Source: Ignavibacteriota bacterium (GTDB lineage: Bacteria; Bacteroidota; Ignavibacteria; UBA10030). Taken from it: a stretch of 64,000 nucleotides of DNA. Shown here piece after piece: positions 32,966-43,468 of the stretch. The DNA lies in NCBI GenBank assembly GCA_963701295.1, contig OY969585.1, positions 1,504,001-1,568,000 of the forward strand, written 5' to 3'. Each line of letters starts with the position of its first letter. The stretch's first letter is position 1. The notes under the pieces are model-generated. The model made no database searches. It was not told where the DNA came from and was given only the letters and a program-made list of their open reading frames with translations. Both the position numbers and the translations under genes were made by a program.

Positions 32966-34699
32966 TTATCTTACCTCATTTATCCTAAAAATGGCATAAA
33001 TGACAGGTCCCAGATTTACCGATACTTTATTTTTCTCAAGTAAAATTGTTCCTTTTCCTGAAATCAATTTTGGCTTTTGACATTTATAATTTAAAATGAA
33101 CGAACCCGAGACTTCTCTATCTGCAGGATTGACAACGATAAGTAATCTATCCTTTCCATTTCCCCTGACATATGCGAAAGGATATGTGTTCTTTTCGGCA
33201 TAGACAGGAACAAATTCTGCATAAGCCAATAGCGCTGGTTCTGTATTGTGAAGCTTAATAAGTTCCCTTACTCTATTGAGCAGAGAGTTCGGATCTTTCT
33301 CTTGTGAGGCTACGTCGGGTGCGTCGTTCGATGTATCGACAGCTCTGTAAAGTTTTTCCGGGCTTATAACAGAAAAACCTCTGTTTGGCCCGTTATTCCA
33401 TTGCATGGGTGTTCTGTCTCCGGCACGGCCCATATAACTTCCTTCAATATGAGGCAAGCCTTCTAATTGTTTCATCCCAATCTCATCACCATAATAAATA
33501 AAAGGAGTACCGGGCATCGTTAACATAAAGGCGAAGATTATCGCAATATCTTTATCCGTTCGTCCATTGTTTTTTATTCTTACTAAATCATGGTTCCCAA
33601 AAGGAACAGCAATATATCCATTATCTTTGCTATCATAATATTGATCTAAATAAACTTCAAGAAAATGAGTAATATCGCCCTTGCCCTCAGAATCAAAAAA
33701 ACTATGCCCATCGTGATTCGGATTTCTTATCTTTTCTTTTTGGAATAAATCGTCGTAACCATTGAACCAATGAAAGAAATCGGCATTGAAACCGCCTCTC
33801 ACAGCATCTTTAGGATATGACCATTCAGCAACAGTAAACGTACCTGGATATTCCTTATCAAGAAATTCTCTTACCGTTTTCCAATATTTACTGGTTTCTG
33901 ATCCATCATCATTTTTAACAATTGAACCGGCCATATCAATCCTGAATCCATCGCAACCCATATTGAGCCAAAAACGCATTACATTTTTCATTTCTTCCTT
34001 CAAAGCCAATACATCAGGATGATTTGTCGGTAACTGCCATGGTTGTTGAGGATCGGGCTTTGCATAACCATAATTCAAAGCAGGTTGATGCCAGAAAAAA
34101 TTATTCATAAACATTCCATCACGCTCGCAATATCCTTGTATAAAGTTGCCCTTATATTTATCCATGCCGGGGAACCATGTACTATTCGTCCAAACATACC
34201 AGTTGGAATATTTATTTGGTTTAGGGTCGCACGATGCTTTAAACCATGGATGATCGATGCTTGTATAGCTTGGAACATAATCAATAATAATATGCATACC
34301 TCTTTTGTGTGCTTCGGAAAATAATCTCTTTGCATCATCGTTTGTCCCATAACGCGGGGCCACCTTATAGAAGTCTGTTACATCATAGCCTGCATCCCGA
34401 AATGGTGATTCATAAAACGGGTTAAGCCAAATAGCAGTGACACCCAGACTTTTTACATAATCCAATTTCTCGATAATTCCCTGTAAATCTCCTACACCGT
34501 CGCCATTAGAATCATAATAAGTCTGAGGATAAATTTGGTAAAATACTGCATTGTCTACCCATGCTGGACTTATCGGACGTTGAGCTTTGCCTGTAACAAT
34601 CTGGGTAGCCTTGGAAGAAGTGTTGGCAGCATCTTGTGCCTGTCCTCCCCCCAAAAAACAAGCAACAGAAACGATGGATATAACTAATTTTCTGATCAT
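32966..34699 (-). CDS. Secreted GH13 alpha-amylase-family glycoside hydrolase
   Basis: Signal peptide; YQIYPQTYYDSNGDGVGDLQG, DGFRIDMA, VAEW, NHD, YYGDEIGM, RTPMQW. Confidence 0.92.
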   Translation of the reverse strand: MIRKLVISIVSVACFLGGGQAQDAANTSSKATQIVTGKAQRPISPAWVDNAVFYQIYPQTYYDSNGDGVGDLQGIIEKLDYVKSLGVTAIWLNPFYESPFRDAGYDVTDFYKVAPRYGTNDDAKRLFSEAHKRGMHIIIDYVPSYTSIDHPWFKASCDPKPNKYSNWYVWTNSTWFPGMDKYKGNFIQGYCERDGMFMNNFFWHQPALNYGYAKPDPQQPWQLPTNHPDVLALKEEMKNVMRFWLNMGCDGFRIDMAGSIVKNDDGSETSKYWKTVREFLDKEYPGTFTVAEWSYPKDAVRGGFNADFFHWFNGYDDLFQKEKIRNPNHDGHSFFDSEGKGDITHFLEVYLDQYYDSKDNGYIAVPFGNHDLVRIKNNGRTDKDIAIIFAFMLTMPGTPFIYYGDEIGMKQLEGLPHIEGSYMGRAGDRTPMQWNNGPNRGFSVISPEKLYRAVDTSNDAPDVASQEKDPNSLLNRVRELIKLHNTEPALLAYAEFVPVYAEKNTYPFAYVRGNGKDRLLIVVNPADREVSGSFILNYKCQKPKLISGKGTILLEKNKVSVNLGPVIYAIFRINEVR

Positions 34700-34921
34700 A
34701 GTATTTATTCCTCAGTATTTAATTTTTATTATTTCTCGATAATAAGTAATTAAGATACAGATTAAATGCAAGAAGAACATGCCAGCTTTATCCACCTGTT
34801 GTTCCTCATGTGCTGACATGACGTTTTCCGAGATGGCTGTATGTTGCCCATCCAATACCTTGGTAAAATACTCTTCATCATTTTTCACGTAGACAAGAAG
34901 AGGGGGAAAATGCAAGGGGAG

Positions 34922-36034
34922 TTATAATTTGCTGCGCAAAACCTTCTCGATCACATCGAGCATGATTTTTGCAGAGGCATCCCACGTAAGAGACTGTGCG
35001 TATGACAACGCGCCGGCTGCTAACCGCATGCGAAGATGTTCGTCCCGAAGGAGAAGAAGAATCTTTTCAGCAAGCTGTTCGATGTTCCCGTATTCGTAGA
35101 GCAATCCGGTTTCACCGTCGATGACGGCATCACGTAGTCCCGGAACATCGCTCGCAACGGCGGGCGCTCCGCATGCGTTTGCCTCCGTAACCGTTAATCC
35201 CCATCCTTCTTTTGCAGATGTGTTCACGACGATCTGTATCTGGTTTAGCAATCGTACTTTTTCTTCCACCGGAAGGAACCCGGTAAAAGTTGTTGCATGA
35301 TCGATGTGAAGCTCGTGCGCTATTCTCTGGAATCCAGGCTTGCCATCGCCTTCCCCAATGATAGCAAGTTTCGTCTGCGGCAGTTCCTTGAGCACGATAG
35401 CGAAGGCATGCAGTAAATGATCGACACTCTTGTATCTTTTAATCCTTCCAACATAGCCGATCATTGGCTCGGTTCGATGTATGCCCGGAAGTTGCCGGTA
35501 CGTTGTATGGTTGACGGCACAGGGGACAAGAAAAATATTTTCTTTCCGACAGCCATGTGAGAGTAATTCCTGCCGTGTGCTTTCGGAAATTGCCACGAGC
35601 GGAGTATTTCGGTACAAGGAAAGAGCAAGCTGCTCTGCAGCATACACATACGCCGCTGCCGGAACTGAGGCTTCCTTAAAAATGGCATTACCGAACAAGT
35701 GCATCACCATTCCCATCAACGGCTCCCGAATAAATAACGGCGTGTAAAACGGAATTTTATTGATATCGTCTATGACGATATCATAATGTTCACGGCGAAA
35801 TCTTTTTCTGTATTCGAGAGGAACGATATAGTTAAAGAGGTTACGATTTCCTTTTCGTATTACATGAACTCCGTCGATGTTTTCTTCAGATGGAGCGTTC
35901 GCAAATTGGCAGCTGAACAGCGTTACTGAATGCCCTAGTGACGCAATCCGTTTGAAGATTTGATGGAGATACACTTCAGCACCGCCGCCGTACGGATTTT
36001 TAATATCCTGCCAATTCAGAAGAAGAATTTTCAT
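34922..36034 (-). CDS. Glycosyltransferase family 4
   Basis: NWQDIKNPYGGGAE, YVGRIKRYK, KEGWGLTVTEANACG..SDVPGLRD. Confidence 0.92.
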   Translation of the reverse strand: MKILLLNWQDIKNPYGGGAEVYLHQIFKRIASLGHSVTLFSCQFANAPSEENIDGVHVIRKGNRNLFNYIVPLEYRKRFRREHYDIVIDDINKIPFYTPLFIREPLMGMVMHLFGNAIFKEASVPAAAYVYAAEQLALSLYRNTPLVAISESTRQELLSHGCRKENIFLVPCAVNHTTYRQLPGIHRTEPMIGYVGRIKRYKSVDHLLHAFAIVLKELPQTKLAIIGEGDGKPGFQRIAHELHIDHATTFTGFLPVEEKVRLLNQIQIVVNTSAKEGWGLTVTEANACGAPAVASDVPGLRDAVIDGETGLLYEYGNIEQLAEKILLLLRDEHLRMRLAAGALSYAQSLTWDASAKIMLDVIEKVLRSKL

Positions 36035-36042
36035 TCGCAGTG

Positions 36043-37062
36043 TTATTTTGAGTGATTCTTAAGTCTTTGTACCTGGTGATCGACCATCATCTTCACCAGA
36101 TCCGTGAACGATGTGTGCGGAGACCAGCCTAACTCAGTTTTCGCTTTCGCTGCATCTGCTACAGTGGTTCCGGTTTCTGTCAGGCGGATAAATCGCGGAT
36201 CGACAACAACATATTGTTGCCAGTCCATACCGACACTACTGAATGCCGTTTCGCACAATTGCCGCACGGTACGAACTTCTCCCGTGCCGATGACATACGT
36301 GTCCGGTATATCGTGCTGCAGCATCATCCACATGGCTTCTACATAATCGCCTGCAAATCCCCAGTCGCGTCTTGCATCTAAATTGCCAAGCGCAATTCTC
36401 CCGTCTTTGACGATCGGTTCACCTTGCTCATTCAAGTCCGGAGAATTCAGAATGCCGAGTTTAACGCAAGCAGCGCCGTACGCTACTTTTTGTGTCAGGA
36501 AGTGAATCCCGCGCCGAGGACTTTCGTGATTGAAAAGAATTCCGCATGCGATAAAGAGCTTGTAACTCGTCCTGTAGATTTGCGCCATGGTATGTGCATA
36601 GAGTTTGGCGGCGCCGTAAGGGTTTACTGGTGCAAATGGTGTTTGCTCATTTTGCGGTACTATAGTCGGTGTGCCAAACATTTCCGATGAGGAAGCCTGA
36701 TAGATACGGCAATCTGGTTTTACGTACCGCACCGCCTCATAGACACGATGAGCGCCAATGCCTGTGATCTCCGCCGTCTCGATAGCAAGCCGCCACGATT
36801 CACCGGGGTACGACTGAGCTGCGAGATTGTATATCTCATCCGGCTGATACGAACGAATATTCTCTGCAATGGAAAACGTGTCGAGCAGATCGCCGTACGC
36901 AATATGGATTCTGTTCGCGAGATGTGCCACGTGAGAACTCGGCACGGCAGAGGTTTTGCGCATCAATCCCACTACTTGATAGTTCTTGGCAAGCAGGAAC
37001 TCTGTAAGGTACGAGCCATCTTGTCCGGTAATACCAATGACGAATGCAGTTTTTTGTTTCAT
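36043..37062 (-). CDS. gmd: GDP-mannose 4,6-dehydratase
   Basis: GITGQDGSYL, YNLAAQS, QASSSEMFG, PYGAAK, GILFNHESPRRG, GNLDARRDWG. Confidence 0.95.
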   Translation of the reverse strand: MKQKTAFVIGITGQDGSYLTEFLLAKNYQVVGLMRKTSAVPSSHVAHLANRIHIAYGDLLDTFSIAENIRSYQPDEIYNLAAQSYPGESWRLAIETAEITGIGAHRVYEAVRYVKPDCRIYQASSSEMFGTPTIVPQNEQTPFAPVNPYGAAKLYAHTMAQIYRTSYKLFIACGILFNHESPRRGIHFLTQKVAYGAACVKLGILNSPDLNEQGEPIVKDGRIALGNLDARRDWGFAGDYVEAMWMMLQHDIPDTYVIGTGEVRTVRQLCETAFSSVGMDWQQYVVVDPRFIRLTETGTTVADAAKAKTELGWSPHTSFTDLVKMMVDHQVQRLKNHSK

Positions 37063-37193
37063 CGTTCTCCTAAAGCGCCGTTCTCAATCCTTTTTTTTGC
37101 TTTGACGGCGGACGAAAGGGTTTTGATATATGCCGCCAGAGGAACAAGAAAAACTGCTAGTGCGATAAGTCGATTGAGTCTCTTGTGTTCCAT
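37059..37193 (-). pseudogene. 44-codon remnant resembling the N-terminus of a DUF2723 (TMEM260-like GT-C) protein
   Basis: MEHKRLNRLIALAVFLVPLAAYIKTLSSAV... ends before the expected FWDxGE motif; its TGA overlaps the gmd ATG (ATGA). Confidence 0.55.
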
Positions 37194-37276
37194 TTATTCT
37201 CTAAGGATTTTACTGTACTAAAATTCACAATCAATGTATAAGGAAAAGGCTTGAACTTCAAGGAATATTGAGCGGC

Positions 37277-38440
37277 TCAATGGAACGTCTGACAGATTTC
37301 ATCGCAGAGCACATATCCCTTTGCAGTGAGCCGGAATCGTCCGTCCTCCATCCGTGCACTTCCTTGTTGAATCAATTCAGAGATGATCGATGAATTCTCT
37401 GTTGAAAGGTTACGTGAAAAGCGCCGGCGAAATTGTTCCAGGTCGATTCCTTCGCTTCGCAAGCCGAGAAAGATCGCTTCTTCCATGAATTGAGTTTCTG
37501 TAAGATGTTCTCCGCCTGCAACCGGGAGTGTGCGCTCGCCCGATTGTTTGATGTATGCAGTGAGATCGGATATGTTCCACCAGCGTTCGTTCTTCCAAAA
37601 TGAATGTGCCGATGGACCAAAGCCAAGATAATGAGAGTGATTCCAGTAATTGAGATTGTGGCGGCATTTGAAATTCGGCTTGCCTGCCGCGGCGGGTCTG
37701 GCGAAGTTCGATACTTCGTATTGTTCGTAGGCATGAGAGGTGAGAAAATCGATGGTGAACTCGTATAAGTCGGCATCGCGTTCAAAATCAATCGGTGTTA
37801 CTTGGTTCAATTGAACCATGCGAAAGAGAGGCGTCTCCGGTTCGATGATAAGACTGTAGCACGAGATATGTTCGGGTTGAAGTTCTACCGCTTGTTCTAG
37901 GTTCGATTTCCACTTTGCCAAAGTTTGGTAAGGAAGCGAAAAGATGAGATCAAAGCTGACATTTTCAAACTCGGCGGAGATGCAATCCCGTACGCACTGC
38001 TTCGCCTCGGATGCATTATGAATACGGGTCAGAAACTTCAAGTCTTCATCGTGGAATGATTGAATACCCATGCTAATGCGGTTAATACCGGCAGATCGGA
38101 ATGCGCGAAGTTTCTCTTTGTCTACGGTTCCCGGGTTTGTCTCCAGCGTAATCTCGGCATTCGTCTGAATCGCAAACCGGGATGCAAGGAGGTCGAGTAT
38201 CTTTTCTATTTCAGAAGGATGAAGAAGAGAGGGCGTTCCGCCCCCAAAGAAAATTGTCTCGTATGGTTCATGGAAACGTTGATCCTCCGCCCGAAGTTCG
38301 ATCTCTGTTTTCAGCGCAGAAAGAAACCGCTCTTCCAGCGAGCGGTGCCCTGTTTCTGATTCCATAGGCACGACGGAGTAAAAATCGCAGTAGATGCACT
38401 TGTGTTCACAGAAGGGAATATGAAGATAAAGAGAAGCCAT
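37277..38440 (-). CDS. hemW: Radical SAM heme chaperone HemW
   Basis: YLHIPFCEHKCIYCDF, FFGGGTPS, HISCYSL, YEVSNFA, HNLNYW. Confidence 0.93.
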   Translation of the reverse strand: MASLYLHIPFCEHKCIYCDFYSVVPMESETGHRSLEERFLSALKTEIELRAEDQRFHEPYETIFFGGGTPSLLHPSEIEKILDLLASRFAIQTNAEITLETNPGTVDKEKLRAFRSAGINRISMGIQSFHDEDLKFLTRIHNASEAKQCVRDCISAEFENVSFDLIFSLPYQTLAKWKSNLEQAVELQPEHISCYSLIIEPETPLFRMVQLNQVTPIDFERDADLYEFTIDFLTSHAYEQYEVSNFARPAAAGKPNFKCRHNLNYWNHSHYLGFGPSAHSFWKNERWWNISDLTAYIKQSGERTLPVAGGEHLTETQFMEEAIFLGLRSEGIDLEQFRRRFSRNLSTENSSIISELIQQGSARMEDGRFRLTAKGYVLCDEICQTFH

Positions 38441-38475
38441 TTGGGATTTTCAATTTCCAAGTTGAAAATTGGCAA

Positions 38476-39399
38476 TTAACGAATCAGTGTACCAATCCTC
38501 TTCCATCGGATAGTCGACAACTTTTCTAAGATATTTGAGACGGAAACTTCCGTGTCCCACGACCAGTACACGAACAATGCTTCACCGATTAAATGATCAT
38601 CCGGTACAAAACCCCAATAGCGGCTGTCCATACTGTTGTCACGATTGTCACCAAGAACGAAATAGTAATTCTGGCGAACACGGTACGTCGATGCCACCAC
38701 GCCGTCAATCAAAATCATATTGTCGACAATCTGAACAGCGTGTCCTTCACGTTCAATGAGCATGTGCCATTGGGCGATGGTTGGCAGTTCAAGTTTTAGA
38801 ATATCACCCTGCTTTGGAACAATGATAGGCCCATAGTCGACATTGCTGAATGTTGAACCCTTTGGAAACATCTCTGGATTTTGTCGCCATGAATTTCCAT
38901 TCGAATGGTCGGATTGAATTCCATGAGGAGGAAGAGGAATGAGAATTTTGTTTACATAGGCAAGACCGGAATGAATTTCCAGCGTGTCACCCGGCAAGCC
39001 GATACATCGCTTGATATAATTGACATGCTCTGCAGGAGTGATCTCGTCTCTGTCGCCAGGAAATTCAAACACGATCACATCTCCGTGATGGATGTTCTGG
39101 AAAAAAGGAAGTGTGAACGATGGTATGGTTCGTGCAATAAGCGGCAGATAGCGCGGTGTACGCAAGCCATATGCAAGTTTGTTGACCAAAAGGAAATCAC
39201 CTATTTGGAGCGTTCGTTCCATCGAAGTCGAGGGAATGCGATATGCATCAAGCACAAAGACTTTTAAAAGGAGAGCTGCAAGCACCGTGATCAGAATGGT
39301 CTTGCCGTATTCCATCAGTGTTGATGTAAGATTCTTCTCCTTTTGTTGTATGTGAAGAGAGTGATCTCGAGATGTACTATGGGCAGATTGCTCCTGCAT
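38476..39399 (-). CDS. lepB: Signal peptidase I (second tandem copy)
   Basis: IPSTSMERTL (Ser), YIKRCIGLPGD (Lys), GDNRDNSMDSRYWG. Confidence 0.93.
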   Translation of the reverse strand: MQEQSAHSTSRDHSLHIQQKEKNLTSTLMEYGKTILITVLAALLLKVFVLDAYRIPSTSMERTLQIGDFLLVNKLAYGLRTPRYLPLIARTIPSFTLPFFQNIHHGDVIVFEFPGDRDEITPAEHVNYIKRCIGLPGDTLEIHSGLAYVNKILIPLPPHGIQSDHSNGNSWRQNPEMFPKGSTFSNVDYGPIIVPKQGDILKLELPTIAQWHMLIEREGHAVQIVDNMILIDGVVASTYRVRQNYYFVLGDNRDNSMDSRYWGFVPDDHLIGEALFVYWSWDTEVSVSNILEKLSTIRWKRIGTLIR

Positions 39400-40304
39400 T
39401 ATTTAATGAGTGAACCGATGCGACCCCAGCGCACTGATGCAAGTCTCCCAAAAATATCATAGAGTGGGAGGTCGGAGTTCCACGACCAATAGACGATCAT
39501 CGGTGTGCCGACAATGTTTTCTTTTGGAATAAATCCCCAGTAGCGGCCGTCAAGACTATTGTCTCGGTGGTCGCCCATGCCAAAGAGATAATCGCGCTGC
39601 ACGGTGTATGAGGTTGCAGGTTTTCCGTCAATCAAGACTGATCCGGTGATCGCTTCCACTGTGTGTCCTTCCCGTTTAATGAAGATTTGCCATGCAGAAT
39701 AATTTTGTACGTTCAGTGGAATCACCATACCTTGTTTCGGGACGACAAGCGGACCGAAGTTGTCTTCATTCCATCCGGCGCCGATAGGGAAGATACGATC
39801 GTCTGCTTCGTTTGCAGGCACCGACCAACCGCGATCGAATCTGACATTGCGGGGTAATGGCAGCATTTGTCCATTCACCGATAAGACACGATTACGAATT
39901 TGAATTGTATCGCCGGGTGTTCCAACACACCGTTTGAGGTAGAAGGTAAAATCCTGCGGTTCGACTTCGTCGCGCATGCCTGGGAAGACGAATACAATGA
40001 CATCACCGCGTTTCACATCTCTGAATGCCGGTACGCGAAACCATGGTAAACGTACATTGGTGAAAGGAATGTTCCGCGGCGATGTTCCACCGTAAATAAA
40101 TTTGTTGACGAAGAGCAGTTCACCTGTTAGCACCTCATTTTCCATCGATCCGGTTGGAACCAGAAAGGACGCAACGACAAAGTTGTTGATAAGAAGAAAG
40201 AGACCTAAGACGATTCCTGTTTCTTTCAGGAATGCTTTTGTCTTTTCTTTCAATGTCTGCGGAGTCGATTGTTCTTCCTTTTTTTGTTTCTTGTCGTTAC
40301 TCAT
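39399..40304 (-). CDS. lepB: Signal peptidase I (first tandem copy)
   Basis: VPTGSMEN, YLKRCVGTPGD, GDHRDNSLDGRYWG. Confidence 0.93.
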   Translation of the reverse strand: MSNDKKQKKEEQSTPQTLKEKTKAFLKETGIVLGLFLLINNFVVASFLVPTGSMENEVLTGELLFVNKFIYGGTSPRNIPFTNVRLPWFRVPAFRDVKRGDVIVFVFPGMRDEVEPQDFTFYLKRCVGTPGDTIQIRNRVLSVNGQMLPLPRNVRFDRGWSVPANEADDRIFPIGAGWNEDNFGPLVVPKQGMVIPLNVQNYSAWQIFIKREGHTVEAITGSVLIDGKPATSYTVQRDYLFGMGDHRDNSLDGRYWGFIPKENIVGTPMIVYWSWNSDLPLYDIFGRLASVRWGRIGSLIK

Positions 40305-40332
40305 AGTTGTCCTTCTGTTTAATTTTTATCCG

Positions 40333-42132
40333 TTATTCTTCCAATGATAGAACGGCAAGGAATGCTTCCTGCGGCACTTCTACACTGCCGACTCGTTTCA
40401 TCCGCCGCTTGCCTTCTTTTTGTTTCTCCAGCAGTTTTCTTTTTCGTGAGATGTCGCCGCCGTAACATTTTGCCAGCACGTTCTTGCGAATGGCGCTGAG
40501 TGATTCACGCGCAATCACTTTACTGCCGATAGCGGCTTGTATTGCCACCTCAAACATTTGACGTGGAATCAGCTCCCGAAGTTTCGAGCAAAGTTTGCGT
40601 CCCCATTCATACGATTTCACACGGTGGACGATGGTGGAAAGTGCATCAACTGGTTCCCCATTCAACAAAATGTCCAATTTTACGAGGTCAGAATCGCGAT
40701 ACTCAAGAAAATCATAGTCTAATGAAGCATAACCACGCGAGAGTGATTTAAGTTTATCGTAGAAATCGAAAATAATTTCAGATAATGGCAGTTCAAAATG
40801 GATATCGGCACGCTCTGGACTGAGATAAGTAGTGTTACGGTGAATACCGCGTCGGTCCATACAGAGTTTCATAATGTTGCCGATGTATTCTGTCGGTGTG
40901 ATGATTTGTGCCTTCACGAATGGCTCTTCTACTTTTTCAATCTTGCCGGCATCCGGCATAAGCGAGGGATTATCGACAAAGAGAACATCTTTGTCTGTCT
41001 TTGTAACGCGGTACTCGACGTTCGGTACTGTATTGATGAGGTGCTGGTTGTATTCGCGTTCCAATCGTTCACGGACGATTTCCATATGAAGAAGTCCGAG
41101 AAATCCGGCACGGAATCCGAATCCAAGGGCAACGGAGGATTCAGGTTCGAAGATGAGTGAAGAATCGTTCAATTTCAGTTTGTCGAGCGCGTCGCGCAAC
41201 TCGCCAAAGTCATCACTGTTGGATGGATACATACCGCTGAAGACCATCGGCTTGGCTTCTTTGTAACCCGGAAGCGGTTCTGCAGCAGGATTATCTACGA
41301 GCGTAATCGTATCGCCGACTTTCGTGTCGTGTACATCTTTGACATTCGCAATGATGTAACCGACATCGCCCGCAGAAAGTGAACCGATTCGTTTTCTCTG
41401 CATCTCGAGAATACCGATATCTTCTGCTTGAAATTCCTGCCCCTTTGAGAAGAACCGAATCTTATCTTTTTCGTGCACGGTTCCTTCCATTACACGAATG
41501 TAGGCTATTGCTCCGCGGTACTCATCAAACACTGAATCGAAGATCAATGCTTTCAGCGGCGCGTTCGGATCGCCTTTCGGAGCGGAAATACGCGAGACGA
41601 TAGCTTCGAGCACTTCCTCCACCCCTATGCCGGATTTTGCACTGCCCATGAGAATTTCTTCTTCCGTACACCCGATGAGATCGATTACCTGCTTCTTCAC
41701 CATGTCGATCATCGTCTTAGCGCTTGGTAGATCGATTTTATTGATGAACGGAATAATTTCAAGTCCGGCGTCGATAGCGAGATACAGATTGGAGATGGTC
41801 TGTGCTTCTACACCCTGCGTTGCATCTACCACCAGAATCGCACCTTCGCAAGCGGCAAGCGAGCGCGAGACTTCGTACGTGAAGTCTACATGACCCGGCG
41901 TGTCGATGAGATTTAATGTATAACTCTTTTTGTTGCGGGCTTGATACCTGATCTGGATTGCGTGTAGCTTAATGGTGATGCCGCGTTCCTGCTCAAGATC
42001 CATGTCATCGAGCATTTGCTTCGTCAGGTCACGGGTAGCAACGGTGCCGGTATATTCTAACAAACGGTCGGCGAGTGTCGATTTACCGTGGTCGATGTGA
42101 GCGATAATACAAAAATTGCGGATATGTTCCAT
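40333..42132 (-). CDS. lepA: Elongation factor 4
   Basis: [51 protein letters not shown]. Confidence 0.98.
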   Translation of the reverse strand: MEHIRNFCIIAHIDHGKSTLADRLLEYTGTVATRDLTKQMLDDMDLEQERGITIKLHAIQIRYQARNKKSYTLNLIDTPGHVDFTYEVSRSLAACEGAILVVDATQGVEAQTISNLYLAIDAGLEIIPFINKIDLPSAKTMIDMVKKQVIDLIGCTEEEILMGSAKSGIGVEEVLEAIVSRISAPKGDPNAPLKALIFDSVFDEYRGAIAYIRVMEGTVHEKDKIRFFSKGQEFQAEDIGILEMQRKRIGSLSAGDVGYIIANVKDVHDTKVGDTITLVDNPAAEPLPGYKEAKPMVFSGMYPSNSDDFGELRDALDKLKLNDSSLIFEPESSVALGFGFRAGFLGLLHMEIVRERLEREYNQHLINTVPNVEYRVTKTDKDVLFVDNPSLMPDAGKIEKVEEPFVKAQIITPTEYIGNIMKLCMDRRGIHRNTTYLSPERADIHFELPLSEIIFDFYDKLKSLSRGYASLDYDFLEYRDSDLVKLDILLNGEPVDALSTIVHRVKSYEWGRKLCSKLRELIPRQMFEVAIQAAIGSKVIARESLSAIRKNVLAKCYGGDISRKRKLLEKQKEGKRRMKRVGSVEVPQEAFLAVLSLEE

Positions 42133-42218
42133 GGAAACCTGAGTCTATTTTTCTGATACAAATCCCGATTATTTTCAATTCATTCAGTCGAGAACAACGT
42201 ATTTCCTAAAATAATAAA

Positions 42219-42258
42219 GAGTAAAGAGGGAAAAACCACTGTGAGCCGCTCTTTACTC
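42219..42258. repeat. Inverted repeat upstream of lepA
   Basis: GAGTAAAGAG...CTCTTTACTC, 10-bp arms with a 20-nt loop. Confidence 0.5.
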
Positions 42259-42462
42259 CTTCAACAAATGCAAGATAGCAGAAAATGCTTAGAAGAGCAA
42301 GGAATGCAATTCCTCGTGCGTCAATGTTTCGAATTCCTTGCTGATATTCCACAGCTTTGCGTTATGTTTGTTGGACGATACAAATGATTAAACCATGCGA
42401 ATCATCATGGCCGGAGGAATCAAATTTTGATATTCAGATCTCACCTTACAAAGTATTTTGCT

Positions 42463-43053
42463 TTAGCGAAGGGGAATCTGAAATCGGATTTTTGCGTTGC
42501 CGCCCAGATCATCGGAGACATTAAAGTCATACAATGTTGCACCGACATATGCATCTATAATATTAAGAAAGTATGTGAGAGCGAGGTAGAAGATAAATTC
42601 GTCGCGTTGATTGTGATAAAATTCGCGAAAACTTAGTATATATGGATTGCCGGTATGATTTATCGTATCCGATCGAACAGATTCTGAGTATTGTCCCCGA
42701 TAATCCATGTATTGATTATTTGCTTGGATCGCACTTGAAGCGAAATAATACCCAAATCCCCAAATTAATGGAATAGTATAATACCGATGGGCGTACACTT
42801 GTCCTGACCCGGGCAGGATTGCAGAAAACAACATTGCGCGATTACCCGATTTTGCCTGTCTCTCATCGGACAATTTCATACTGTTAAATTGATATTGCAG
42901 TGTGTCGCGAGAAGTGGGAAGCGTTTCTATTGTATCAGGTTTGATGAGAGCGGAAGTGACTTTTGCTTGTGCGGTTGAATCGTTTATTGACAATACAAAG
43001 ACAAGAGCAAGACTTACAATACTCCATGGTGTGAATGATCGGTTTCTCATCAA
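42463..43053 (-). CDS. DUF5683-like membrane protein
   Basis: AMLFSAILPGSGQVY...YFLNIIDAYVGATLYDF; typical position after parB. Confidence 0.8.
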   Translation of the reverse strand: MMRNRSFTPWSIVSLALVFVLSINDSTAQAKVTSALIKPDTIETLPTSRDTLQYQFNSMKLSDERQAKSGNRAMLFSAILPGSGQVYAHRYYTIPLIWGFGYYFASSAIQANNQYMDYRGQYSESVRSDTINHTGNPYILSFREFYHNQRDEFIFYLALTYFLNIIDAYVGATLYDFNVSDDLGGNAKIRFQIPLR

Positions 43054-43074
43054 CAGGTCTGTGCAAAAAAGTTG

Positions 43075-43467
43075 TTATTTCTCAATGACGGCGACGGCTT
43101 CAATTTCGACGCGAATATCGCGAGGGAGCCGGGCTGCTTCCACGGTACTGCGGGCTGGCGCCGCAGCTCCAAGAAATTCAGCATACACTTCGTTCATGGC
43201 AGCGAACTCGTTCATATCTTTCAAAAAGACTGTCGTCTTCACGACAGACGCGAGCGAAGCTCCACCGGCAATAAGAATTGCTTCAAGATTCTTCATGACC
43301 TGTCGTGTTTGTTCCTTGATGCTGCCTTCCACTAGTTTGCCGGTTATTGGGTCCATTGGTCCCTGTCCGGCTGTGTAAAGAAATTTGCTGTCAACAAGAA
43401 TTGCCTGGCTGTAGGGCCCGATAGGAGCCGGAGCTTTCTCTGTGAGAATTTTTTTTATGTTTGTCAT
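43075..43467 (-). CDS. ridA: RidA/YjgF family enamine deaminase
   Basis: [33 protein letters not shown]. Confidence 0.93.
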   Translation of the reverse strand: MTNIKKILTEKAPAPIGPYSQAILVDSKFLYTAGQGPMDPITGKLVEGSIKEQTRQVMKNLEAILIAGGASLASVVKTTVFLKDMNEFAAMNEVYAEFLGAAAPARSTVEAARLPRDIRVEIEAVAVIEK

Positions 43468-43468
43468 A

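Noticed and set aside
34712-34915. 67-aa ORF between GT4 and GH13
   Set aside because: TTG start, no RBS or motif; likely spurious
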